64,000 bases of DNA from Balanoglossus misakiensis (Eukaryota; Animalia; Hemichordata): contig CM082579.2 of the NCBI GenBank assembly GCA_040954595.2, positions 1,811,908-1,875,907 of the forward strand. Reading direction: 5' to 3'. Position 1 is the first letter of the stretch. Each line of letters starts with the position of its first letter. Below, one piece after another: positions 13,101-26,402 of the stretch. The notes beneath the pieces were generated by a model that made no database searches, was not told the origin of the DNA, and saw only the letters and a program-made list of their open reading frames with translations. Both the position numbers and the translations under genes were made by a program.

Positions 13101-15804
13101 CTGGCACGCACCTGTAAATTGAAAACATTCTGTACTTACCCTGCAGCATCGCTGTCAAGTTGTTCAGAACCTGCACAAATGTAAGCAGACGGAAATTGTC
13201 AAAATGAATAATTTGCTACACTATGCTACAGGACTTATAGGCCTAACTCTCTGTCTGTATACTACACAATATACAAGAAATTCCGGTGGCACGAAGTTCG
13301 ACCTCATAGGCTTTTCTTCTTCAAACGTGATCATGTTGAGCACTTTTGTAGCTGTGTCTACTGCATGGAAGATTGTATAACTCACCAGCCATATCAACCA
13401 CCATGATCTTTGATCTCAGTCCACTTTCAGAACCTGCGTTCTTCTGCTCTATGGTAATTGTGAACATTCCGTGAGACCTAGTAGAATTGGTAGAAAGGGA
13501 AGTTGGAAACTTCTTCACAAAATCACTGCTGATTATCAACTGCAATTGATTTTTTTCTGACATTTTTATTTTTCAAGTTATTTGACACAAAGTTACAGAG
13601 TCAACACATCGATGAAATTCTGACAGGAAAAGCTGACTGACATGACGTAAATGTAACGGAGAAGGCATACCTAACCCTGTGACCTCTGATATCAGATGTG
13701 CCCATCTTTCTGGCCCTGGTGCCTTGCTCATACAGTCTGTTGATGTCATCAGCACTGCGGACCACCATTTCTGACAGTCCATCCACAAATCTGAGGAAGT
13801 ATAATGAGAAATGTGATAATAATGAGGTCTAGGAATTATTCTACAGGTAGAAACATACAATTTAAATGCTGCCCCACCCCCACACCTCTCAATTTCCCAA
13901 TTGATAAGTAAAAAAAACCATGACAAACTATTTGGGCAAAAAATAAGACAAGTTTATACTTACATTCCAATTTGGGGATGTTGCTTTATATTCATCGCAT
14001 TGCTATGTGGGTTCAACATATCAGTCATTTTTTCATCCATGATCTAAGGACAAAATACCGAGAAAGATAATTTGGGAATAGAAAACAACAGAGATGAAGT
14101 AGAAAGTGATGATCAAGATGAAAAAAAGGAAATTATAATGTACTAAATAAGATAGTTGAGAGAAAATAACAGCATATATCTTTTTGTTTTAAAAAGTTGA
14201 AATGTTGCAGACATACCTCTAGGTAGGACACTGTCACAAGGAACTGCCTACTGGCTGGTGAATCATCAATGTGCTTGAATAAACTTCTGTTCAACTGAAA
14301 AAGATATGGACAGTTTTGTTTGTAATATAATTCTCCTTCAAATTCTACTATTTTTATGTTTGAAATATATACATCTCTGACCTGAATAATGGGAACACAC
14401 AAGACATACATAGACAGATACTGTGTACTCACCATTGGTGCAATGCCTGGATCATCTTCAGTGCCCGACACCAGATAGGATTTACCACTCCCAGTCTCGC
14501 CAAATCCCACTATGGTCACATTGTAGCCAGCTAAGGCTTTCAGCAACAGCGGTTCACATTGCTCTCTGTAGATTTGATTCTGGATGCAGAAACACAGTGA
14601 AAGGCAACGTTAGTCTTTTGTTTTATGCAAACAATGCCTTGTAACCATAGAGATGAAAACATTTAATGGTTTAGTTGTACTTACTGTTCTTACGTCCCAA
14701 AAATAACTTGCATTAAAAGCATACACTGCTTCCTGGGAAGAAAAAATAGAAAAACAAAAATTAATTATTTGCCATGGATGGACTATCTTTGCAGGTTGAA
14801 GATATTGGCATGTTTGAAAGTGCTGCATTTGTGAATTGTTGATCCAGATCTTGTAGTCAACACTTCCAATCATTTCTTCTCCCTCAAACTGGTGACAAGG
14901 TAGACACATTGTAGCAGTTTGGATCTGGATGAAACATTATAACTCACAGTAATCATAACCACATATGTACCTTAGATGTTCCACCACCTCGAGGATTTTG
15001 AACGCTGGTTTTATCTCCACTCATCTTGATGATACGAGCAGCCCCCTTTCCCTTCTCTGTTTCTGTGAAAGGTCGGCATCGTGCCACTACATTTATACCA
15101 ACTTTTTCACCCGACTGAAAATAAAAAATCACAAAACTTTTTGTTAATTTTAGAACAACTCATATATCTGCAGCAATGATTTAAATTAAGATCCATCTGT
15201 CTTGATTGGTCATTTCTATAGAAACAAACAATAGTCATTTTGTCAGTACATTGAAATGTTCATTGGGAAACAAAAGGTTGTTTGTACATTGCATATGCCA
15301 TTTTATTACAAGCTTTAAACTTTTAGTTATTTTATTTTCTGTAAAAAAAGGGGGGGACAGTACACTGTGACAGTGCTTCATGTGGACATGTTATGGGGGA
15401 GGCAAAAAATATTCCTTCAAGTTCTGCAACAGTTTTTTTTTTATATAAAAACTCCGCATTCCCTGTCGTTTTCCAAGAGGGCGCACGTACATTTCCCTGT
15501 GTGTGATCGACAGGCAAACAGAATGCGGAAATGAGTGCGTGCGTTTCACTGTAGTTGTACATTTTTCTTATGACATGGGTTCGCAACAGATTGAATGTGA
15601 TAATTCTGTGATCCTGAGTATAATAGTATGAGAACGTAATCATCAATAACTGCAAGAAACATTATTTCTTATGCTGAAAGTCTGAAGATGATTCGTATGC
15701 GATGTCCATGTCAACATGGTGAAACTGTTTACATCGTTTTCCAAGGCAACGGAGAAAATGGCGGCTTCGTCTGTCAGTCTCCGCCAATCGCAATAACTCA
15801 CCAT
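10115..15804 (-). CDS. Kinesin-like protein, N-terminal motor plus coiled-coil tail, many small exons
   Basis: ATG|GTGAGT at 15804-15802 splices to [16 protein letters not shown] (from 15114). Also present: P-loop [27 protein letters not shown]|[16 protein letters not shown]|DSLGGNSYT and E/K/Q-rich coiled-coil exons. The last exon ends SGRS* with TAA at 10117-10115. Confidence 0.9.
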
Positions 15805-16329
15805 CTTGTGGATTTTTTGGTGACTTTGTACGGTGTGCAAGTTCCCTCCAGGAATATAGTTTTCTTCATAAAACGTCCCACAGGTGTGTATACAACTTGA
15901 TCAATCCTGACAACTTTGACGTCAGTGCAGTCTAAGATATGTTGACGTACGAGGTCAAAAGGGTATCCTCGTTCAACAATTTACATTTTTATATGTTAAT
16001 ATTTTTTTCCATTTTTAACGTTTAAAGTAATCAAACTCTTTTTGGTTTACAAAAATATATACTTAATTCTTACAAAATTTAATTTATTAAACCTAGTTTG
16101 CAAAAAATATATGCAAGCGAAGACATCATTTTAACAACGCGTAACTTTATTTACTGTGACGCGCAAGGACGCTTGGGACTTAACAAATATGGCGCTGTCC
16201 ATGAAGTGATCGTCGGTTGTCGCAGAAACCCTTCTGTTGATCAGAGATACATTGAAACCCTTCCGTAGATCTTATACAAAGCGCCAAATTAATTTGTTAA
16301 GTTACGTTTCGTTAAATAAACGTAGAGAA
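15805..16329. promoter_or_regulatory. Probable bidirectional promoter and 5' UTRs of kinesin and PLRG1
   Basis: Divergent start codons about 525 bp apart. TGACGTCA (CRE-like) at ~15917, a YY1-like AATATGGCG at ~16186, and AAAATGGCGGC nearby at ~15755. Confidence 0.6.
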
Positions 16330-19300
16330 ATGGAGGTAAGTGACGGAATAAACAGATATGCTACAGCACATGTTATGTACACGTACATGTAGTAGAGATG
16401 TACATCTTTCAAAACAAAGCCATGCTTATGATTTGAAGCTTATGATGTGATGATAGCTGCACTGCAGTTCAGTCTTGCATGTTGGTTTGTGTATCAAAAC
16501 ACAAACCAACAGGCAAAACCTAGAGCCACTGAACTGCAGCTAGTGGCGTGAATGATATCTTGCTATTGAGTTACGTTGTACAAACGTTTTGCTTTCGTGA
16601 CAAACTGTAACGTGTATAACGTAATACCAACGTTTTCTTTCTTTCTACTATATATAGGAGGTTCAGAAACACTCCGTGCATACGCTGGTTTTTCGATCTC
16701 TTAAACGGTCGCATGATATGTTTGTATCTGATAACGTGGATCCACCATCGCAAGACCCATCTGGGTAGGTAGCAATAATTTCTGCTAGTTTTGTAAACTT
16801 AGACCCATCTGACCCCTTTCTTGTATCTAAGGAGATCAGAAAAATAAAAGAGAGCTTTTTGATAAATTATCGGGGGGGGGGGGGGGACATATTGCTTAAT
16901 ACAATCTGCAATAATCAGTGGGCCTTTTCATATGGGTGTATATTTTCTTTATGCAGTGAAAAGTTAAAAATGGCTTGTAAAGCTCGTGATGAGTATGGAC
17001 CAGTATTGCATTTACCACTCCCAAAGGAAACTTCCAAATCGCAGAATAGACAAACAGTTGGTAAGTATCAATGTCACGCTATAAGTATAAGCAAGTGGTG
17101 TTTTGTGTTTTGTAGCCATTGATATCAAAATGTCTCACATACATGTAACAGTCATAAACTCTTACAAGTTGACATTGAAGTGTTACAGTTACAATAACCA
17201 TGAGTGTTCTTTTTCTTTTCTCCCTGAAACAGAAACGGCTCATAGACAGTTGACTGATCCAGGAATACAAGATAATGTACAAGCACTGCCATCTTCACAA
17301 TCAGAGTAAGAATCCATGTATAAATTACTGCCAGTAAATCATTTTTAGTACCATGTGTGAAATCTTATCCTATCTGAAATTTTTAGAAAAAAATCTCCGT
17401 TTTGAATATTCACACTCAAAGGGACTTTTTGTTTCATTTGTTGGTAAAAACATTTATGCTTTTTTTTTTTTCTTTTCAGACGAGAAGAAGTGAGACATCC
17501 AGCTGCAGTGACATCACAGAGTTCAAGGGTAAGTATATAATGACATTTGTAATTACATATGTGTCATGTATTATGGTCCAAATGAAACTATGTACAACTA
17601 TTGTACACATTTTTAACTATTGAATTGCATATTGTCCTGTGTTTTTATCATTTCAGCCCAGAATTATAAAAAAAAAAATCATCACACAGGTTCATTGTGT
17701 ATTTTTTTCCACCAATGCAGGCACTGGTTTCCGTTTCGGGCACAAAGCAGTCCAGCGCTTTGGTGCAGCAGAGAGCACCCACAATGCCAAAACCACAGTG
17801 GCACTCTCCATGGCAACTGTACCGAGTCATCAGCGGCCATATTGGTTGGGTGCGTTGCATAGCAGTGGAACCTGGCAATGAATGGTTCTGCACTGGGTCA
17901 GCTGACAGAACCATCAAGATCTGGGACTTGGCCAGTGGCAAGCTGAAACTCTCTCTCACGGGTCATGTCAGTACAGTCAGGGGTCTGGCAGTCAGTCCCA
18001 GGCAGCCCTATTTATTCTCCTGTGGTGAAGATAAGCAAGTCAAGTGTTGGGACTTGGAACAGAATAAGGTAGGCAGCTGCACATAGATTGGACTGAAGAC
18101 TACGTGCAAATACTTGTATACATAATGTACATACCCATCAAAGTTTACCAATTTGTGTCAGTTTCTTGCAAATAACAAATGTGTGTACTCATATTTTCTC
18201 AGGTGATACGTCATTACCATGGCCACCTGAGTGCCTGCTATGCATTGGATGTCCATCCCACAATAGACGTGCTGGTGACGTGTGGTCGTGACTCTTCAAT
18301 CCGTGTGTGGGACATGAGGACCAAGGCTGCCGTTCACACACTGTCAGGACACACAAACACAGTGGCTGATGTGAAGTGCCAGGGAGCAGAACCACAGGTA
18401 TGTGTCCCAAACTTCTTTGGTAACTAGCATAGAGTTTTTGAATTTATAGAAAGTCTTCAGAACTTGAGATCATTCCTGAAATGTCTGAGAAAATAAGGGT
18501 CACGCATGCTTTCACTGAATGGTAATAACTGCAATGCAAACTTTGCAGAACATTTGGATGTCAGAAGCAGGTTATGGTTATTGTAATGCCGATTTTTTCT
18601 CCTGCTTTTTCAGATTATCAGTGGTAGCCATGACAGCACAGTCAGACTGTGGGACTTGGCTGCAGGCAAATCAAGATGCACACTGACCAATCACAAGAAG
18701 AGTATCAGATCAGTGGTCATTCATCCCAGATTGTAAGTAAACGCTTCATTCCCTGCCACTTTGAGAATTTTCATAGATTTCCCACAAGAACAGTAATAAC
18801 ATCCTCTCATTGACTCACCTCTGTTTATTTTGTTCATTTGCCTTCAGATACATGTTCGCCTCAGCCTCTCCTGATAACATTAAGCAATGGAAGTGTCCTG
18901 ATGGCAACTTTATGCAGAACTTATCCGGTCACAATGCGATTGTGAACTGTCTTGCAGTGAATTCAGACAATGTCTTGGTATCAGGAGGTAGGTCTAGCAC
19001 TTTACGTCATAAGCAGTACAAGAAAAAAGTAGCCTACTTGAATTTGTTTCCGATGACATTCTGGTCAGCTTTCTGAACATCTTTGCAGTACGAGGATATC
19101 CACCCTTGGACATTACATGTATCACTCAGATAATGTCAAACCAATAGTTAGGGTGCAGTTACGGATAGGGTTGGGGGACAACTGACAAAGTGTTGGAATG
19201 AACTGTAGATTCTTACAGTGACCCATCCCATTTGCTTGATATTCATAGGTGACAATGGCAGCATGTACTTCTGGGACTGGAAGACCGGCTACAACTTCCA

Positions 19301-21127
19301 GCGCATTCAGACGATGACGCAGCCTGGATCACTAGACAGTGAAGCGGGGATATTTGCCTGTGCATTTGACCAAAGTAGCAGTCGTTTAATCACAGCTGAG
19401 GCTGACAAAACTGTCAAGATATACAAGGAAGATGAAAGTGCGGTGAGTGTTAGAATAGATTTGTTGGACAGCAGCTCCATATTCATCGTGGCATGCCTGG
19501 CAAAGTTCCTTGGAAACTTTGAAAAATCTTTACTTCCCAGTGTCTTGAAATTCTGCCTTAATAATGTAACATTTCTCCCTGACCTTTCTTAATCTCATCT
19601 GTAATGTTAGTTTGATTATTATTGATCAGTTTCCATTGTACTGGCCTAATTAATCAATTTTATTATAAAAGCAATTGTGTAAAAGGGTTAAATCTTTCAT
19701 ATTGATTTTGATCAAACGTCACATAAATTTAACAATCGATGATACATAGCTTAGAGTCTTCCAATAGCCATTAACTCTGATGACAAATCACTTTAAGGAT
19801 GGGTTTTAAATAATAGCTTCTCTTTCATTCAGTCACCTTTCCGACAACAAATGTGTGGCAAGTTTGACATCTATTTGCTTTCAAATTGATTATTTTTAAC
19901 TACTGTATTATTTCACCATTTACTGATCAATTAGACTTCAGTTAGTTTGGAATTTTCAGTTGAATTAAACCTTCATTTCGGCTTGTCGCATTGATTAAAG
20001 TTGTGTGGGGGGTTAACTCTACGGCTACCTTTATGTAATTGCTTTCTATGTAATTGATGGTAATGGACTTTTCATGTTGTTTGTCACGTTTTCACCAAGT
20101 GAAGTTTGTCTGGAGGGCTGAGTCATTTCAATAAGACAACTTTGATTGATGTGCATGCTATGAACGCCCAAGAAATCTGCATCTCTCTGACATTCTTTGC
20201 CCTTGCTGTCATCATGGCAACAATGTTGTCACGGAGATACATCAATCCTGGGGTCAATGGGTTTAGAGTGACATGAACACAAGCACATGTACATTTTCAT
20301 GTGTGTCAAAGAGATCACGTGTCTATTATGAAGTATTGTCATTTGGTGAAAAAATTCATCGAAATAAAAAAAGTGTGGCTTCTGGTCAGGCATAGGTGTA
20401 AAACCTACCCACGATGGCAGATCTAGATTGCAAAGGGTTGTTCCAGACTGGCAATCACAAAGCACTTTCTATTTTCATAATCCCATTACTGTTCGGAATC
20501 TCAGTGACTAACAGTGTTGTGTATTGACATAGTAATTACAGTGTTTCTAGAGTTAATATTTGAATTATCAGAATTATTAAAGACAGCAGTATTTGATTTG
20601 GCTGGTGTGAATTGATCGCGACAATGACTGTCGTCAACTTTTAATGTTTTAATGTGTCTTGTTGGATCGGAAGTAAGAGAAAAGATTGTAAATTTTACTT
20701 GCAACTGCATTGTTCAAAGAAAATATTTCCTCGATCCCTCTGTGTGTAAGTACCTGTAAGTCTCCATAAAGTACAATGTACGTGTAGGTAGTGGAAATTT
20801 ATGCTGATAAGTGTCCATCCTTTTGTGTGCTTGGTCAATAAGAAGATCACTGTTTTGTTACTTCATTTCTTCAGAGTAACCATGGTTACCATGCAGTGGC
20901 TTATAATTTATTATTCATTAAATCTGTTGATATAAGTCAACAGACATAATTCTATGGGTGGCAAAGTCAAACGGATATTGTGTAATTAACTTTTAGTGAT
21001 TGTGGTGAGTTCTTGGTAATACAGTGTATTGAGAGACTAACATATTGTCTGATATTTTCTTTTGTAGACCGAAGATACCCACCCCATCAACTGGAAGCCA
21101 GAAATTATCAAGAGGAAGAAATATTAA
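16330..21127 (+). CDS. PLRG1: Pleiotropic regulator 1 (Prp46), WD40 subunit of the spliceosomal Prp19 complex
   Basis: ME|[71 protein letters not shown] and [15 protein letters not shown]. Last exon [19 protein letters not shown] (21068-21127). Confidence 0.97.
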
Positions 21128-21849
21128 GAAAAAAGCTCTATACATATTAAGAATTCACCTTGGCAGACGAAGAAGAATTGTCTCTTGCTGTGACATGTTT
21201 ATCTGATTGCATTCTGACCCGAAACAAAGAAAAGCTCCATTCCATACAGAGTAAAAAGATGTGAAGAAGACATTCAAAAGTTCTTACTCAGAAGAGTTTA
21301 TTAAACCTTTTCTTGAATTTTATAAAGAAATGAATGTCCGAACCCTGCTCGCATCATCTTTTTTTATCCTGTGTTGTATTATGCAAAATTAGCATCCGTG
21401 TGTTAACATACGGGAGCTACTATCGTACCGATTCTGTCAGTCCGCCTGACCGTCGACCTGTTTGTCTTTTAACAAAATGAAAGTTCGAGTTGCGAGAAAA
21501 ATCTCTCGGTCTTCTGCCATCCTCCGTTGATCTCAATTCTCTCTTCTACCTCCTCACACTCCTCTGCTTCTAGCCCCTCCTCTCCCAGCCATTGTCCCCC
21601 TTTCCCGATTGGAAGATCATTTCGGATGCTTCCGGCGAATGAACATGCATTTTGTTTCTTCTTTTGTCACGCATACGCCCATGTACTGACGTATCGATTT
21701 TTTTATGAACCAATCAAGACGTCCCTATCTTCTGTCGTGAGCTACAGAGCCTCTTGCCAACAATTGAGGAAATTCGATCATTCTTATCACGGACTCTTCT
21801 CTTGTGAGACCATTTATTTCGAAGGGTTTGTGTCTTATTAATCAGCGAG

Positions 21850-24056
21850 ATGAAAAAAGGAGAATTTAACCTGGACCCTTGGTCTCACCTCCCCAGTTAT
21901 GTTCAGGAACACGAATACACCAAGAAGACGGATATTCTTGCGATATCAGGAACCGAGAGCAAATGGGGGGCGAAAGAAACGGAAACACAAGAGGCGAAAT
22001 CTGAAAAAATGAAAGATAGCAGCAACTCAAAGACCGAACGGGAAGAAACGAGATCCATGTTTCGGGAGAGACTTGACGAATATGCAAATGATACAACCCT
22101 GCACGGGCTTAAATATGCCGTCAATTCAAAATACGGAACTTTCCGCAGGTATGCTCATTTCGATTAAGTATTATACCATGTAATCGTAATTTGTGAAAAA
22201 AATTGATTTTGACAAAATGACATCAAATGTTGAGATTCATCGACGTAGGCCCTAAACAATTTTGATAGAGAGAATGAAGTGATCAAGGTAATCAATTCAT
22301 CCCAAATTTATGTTTGCTGTTGTGTTATCGAAAGTTGGTAGCATTGGTATACAATGTATGTACCAATTCTCGGCAGATTACCTAGAATAATTGAATGAAC
22401 TATCATCGACATATATGTCGCTCAAACGCTGCATCTTTTTCTCTCATGTAGAATTGTATGGGCTGCAACAATACTGTTGATGATAACCATATTCACCGTT
22501 TCCATGGTGACATCATTTATCGACTTTTACAACAGTGATGTGTCTACAGTGATCAAACTCAACTACGTCACGGATCTGGATTTCCCCGCAATAACGATAT
22601 GCAACTACAACCAGTTCAGAAGATCTAAGGTACAAGCTGCGGGAGAAATTTTTTTGAAAAGGATCTACCCACTTTACGGCAGTGCTAATATAAGTGGCAT
22701 CGATCCGAATATGTACTCCAACTTCACCGGACTTGATACGTCGGATTATTTTGAAGCCGCCCACCAGATAGAGGACATGCTGTCCAACTGCCTTTGGCAA
22801 GGATCAGAGATATGCGGTGTGAATGATTTCACCCAGGTCATGACAGATTTTGGTGTTTGTTACACCATTAACGGCCAGGTTCCCGCTCGACGGGTCCAGC
22901 AGTCCGGTACATCAAATGGCCTTCGCTTGCGTTTGGACGTGCAGCAACAAGAATATACAAGTAACGAAAACTTGGGAGCAGGATTCAGGGTACGTATTTC
23001 GAAAGTTGAATATACATGACCAGTTTTAATTTGAGTGCAATGCAAAATGTATAGTTGTATCCAAGCAACCAATGGGATTGTGTTTCACATACGGCTGCAC
23101 ACCTGGGAAAATGAAAACAAACAAATCGTACCTAACATTGAGCAAGAACTTATATCTCATGCTGAGTTATATGAAACCCGGGCGAGAAGTTTTGAGAGTT
23201 CTTTATTGTAGAACATTAATTTGGTTACTGAGATGGACACACATCCTCAAAATCTTTATAATTAATTTTTCTTCAGGTTATGGTCCATCCCCAGTCTCAA
23301 ACTCCACTAGTAAAGTTGCTCGGATTTGCAGTCTCGCCTGGTTATGAGACTCTGGTCTCTATGCGTCACACTGCGGTATGTTAGCCATCTGCCGGATTTA
23401 AATATAAATTTGATTTGATATTCGTGATTATATCAGATTTAAAAAGACATTTACTGTTGTTGTTTTCCAGATGGAGACCTTGCCACACCCATTTCCATCA
23501 CAATGTTCATCGAAAGAACTGAAATATTACGAAACATACACGCGTCAAGCGTGTATGACTGAGTGTATGAGTGATAAAGTGATTGAACAATGTGGTTGTA
23601 GAAAGTATTCCTTACCAGGTGCGTGAGATAAGATTTTGCAATATCTTGGTTTTCTTGACATTAGATTTAAAAATTGGAGATATGCTTTGGATTGTCACTA
23701 TATCTGAATAAAAAAGGCAGCGCATACCAAATTATCAACTTTCTCAGTTCTAACACGTGACTTTCTCTTTATTTTCCCTCGGATTCTACTTTTGGTAAAC
23801 ACATTTATTTAATTGTTTTTTATCAGGGACAGCGAGGATTTGTGATCCTGTAGAATGGATTATTTGCGGCGATCCCCTTTTAAGTAAGTGCGTGTTTGGT
23901 TTAACATGTTTCGTAGGAACAATTTATAGGCTTTCTCTTTCTCCACCGTCAGCCACCTCGTTATTTTTGCGACACACATACTAGCTGGGTGTATTCATTC
24001 TGGTCAATACATAGATATAGGGAAGAGACAGGCAGACGGAGACAAGCACAGCTTTC

Positions 24057-24113
<57 letters not shown>

Positions 24114-25071
24114 GTCTGTATGTCATTGTCTGTCTATATAGTTAAACTCACATTGACAGATTTTGCTGAGTTTATAAGAAGGCTAAATTATTTTTTTGAA
24201 ATCCACAGAAAACCTTTCAGGTGTAGGGAATGGATGTGATTGCCCGACGCCGTGTGAACTGACCGTGTATGAGACGAAGGTGTCGTCAACATATTGGCCG
24301 TCAGACTACGTCATGGCGGAGATTCAAGAAATATTCAACATAACCAATGTGAAGTATATGAGGTAAAGGCATGTCTGCTACCTGTAAAGGCAAAATCGCA
24401 TGGCGTTTTCTATGTTTTGTTTTTTATCAAAACGTACTGATTTATCTATGTAGCTTTTAAAGTTCGTTAACGATATTCGTCCGATTACAATGTGTGTACA
24501 CGTGATAAAGGGCGTGACTGCTTTGAAAATTTGTTTGCAGGGCCAATTTCATCGGTACAATGTCAAAATAGTATGTTGCGGGAATTCGCAGAAAGGGATA
24601 GCACGTACATGGCGTTATATGCAATATTTCAATATTCAATTTCAATCACTTGCCATCTACCCTTATGAGATCTTTATTCAAGTTTTTTTAGAAACACTCC
24701 AATTATATTATTTGCAGGAAAAATGTTCTGGACGTATATTTCTATTTCGAAGAGTTAAGTTATGAAGAGATAAAACAGATTCCTGCGTACACTGGTTACA
24801 ATTTACAAAGTGAGTCGTCACATCAGTTGTTATTGTTGTTGTTAGCCATTACTTTACTTCTTAATAAGTTTGGTTGCCATTGACTGACTTGTGAAATATG
24901 AAAATGCTATATAGATATAGATACCTCACTGATTTTTTTTTCTCTTCAACAGGTGACATCGGTGGGTTTCTCGGCCTGTATTTGGGAGCCAGTTTGATCA
25001 CTGTAGTGGAATTCCTCGATTTCATCGTACTGAATTGCATTAAGAAATTTACCAGAATGACCAAAAAGTGA
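21850..25071 (+). CDS. DEG/ENaC (ASIC-like) channel, paralog 1
   Basis: Pre-TM1 TTLHG, FPAITICNYN, TDFGVCYT, a Cys-rich thumb, and TM2 SDIGGFLGLYLGASLITVVE. Stop TGA at 25069-25071. Confidence 0.93.
24056..24118. repeat. (TCTG)n microsatellite
   Basis: Intronic perfect tetranucleotide run. Confidence 0.95.
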
Positions 25072-26402
25072 TAACAGTATTTTTTAGTGTTAAAGGCCCC
25101 AGTCAACTAATGGTTTATCTAATAGAAATTTCATTTCAAACTACCCCCTCCCCCCAAATAAAAATTGCAGAGTATTTTTGAACCTTATACGCACATCTAC
25201 TGCGAGAACTAATTGCAACTTTCGAAGAAGCAAGTAATGATTTAACAAAATAGTTAGGCGTTTATTTTGTGCTCTACGTGAAGACTACGCTAAATAGTTT
25301 TGAAAATACACGTAGGAAAGCAGCCATGTCAGATCTACATTTTAGCGATAGTCTATTTACAAACAAATATTCATATCCAGTGACATAGCTAGATATACGT
25401 ACGTTTATACGATATTTGTGATTTTGAATTGTGAATATTTTACGAAAATACATTTACATGTTGTATCGTGAGCAAGAGAACTCACACATGAAAGGATTCG
25501 CAGAACCGGCGCGAAATCACTGGGGAGTCGGTCAACAATAGTGTCTATAGTCAAAGTGTATGTTCAAATGCGGTTGCACGGTGGTGACTGCCTTGCTTGC
25601 TACCATTCAAAATATTCAAAACGTACTTTTCACCATGACGACCAAAACCTGAAGTCATCCCTGTCTGTCTGTCTGCCTGTCTGAGTGACGAATACATTGT
25701 GTTCAGCATGTTTATACGCAAATATACGTGTGTGTGTCTATGGTAGCCTACTAAATGAAGTTCTTAACTGCGACTTCTAGAGTAAGAATAAACTGCACCC
25801 AAAGATGATCAAACACTTGGCGGAGAAGGCGACTTGATTTGACCTCCACCGCCATTGATGACAATGTAGTTTTGCGATTGACGGGCAGATAGATGGCGCG
25901 CTTCATTTAAAAAGGCAGTTCTTTGCATTTGAAACACAAAACAAATGTACTGCAAATGAAGCCAACAGTTACAGCTTCATGCCAATTTAATAATGCCCAC
26001 ACACTGTGTCTCAAAAGAGAAAAAATAACTGCATAACTGCAAACCTTTAATATCGGACAATTTATTGCAGCAAGCCTATGGTTACGGGCCTCCTGAGACA
26101 GCTTTATTCAAAATAATCATACATCATGCAAACATTTGATATTGTTTAAGTAAATGATAACAGGGAAATAGCCTGATTGGATCTTCTATTGAAATGCTAG
26201 TTCTGATATTTCAATTAATAATGTAAGTGTGGCCACTATTTTACTGGATATTCATTTCAACATTTGCATGAAAATAAAATGCTATTGCTGTAATATGCTA
26301 ATTTTAAATTGCCGCAGGACTCCGACAGTTTAGCTTCGCATACCCACAAGCCTCACGCTGAAATTACCAATACATCAAGTGCCGAATATCAAATTGTTGT
26401 AT

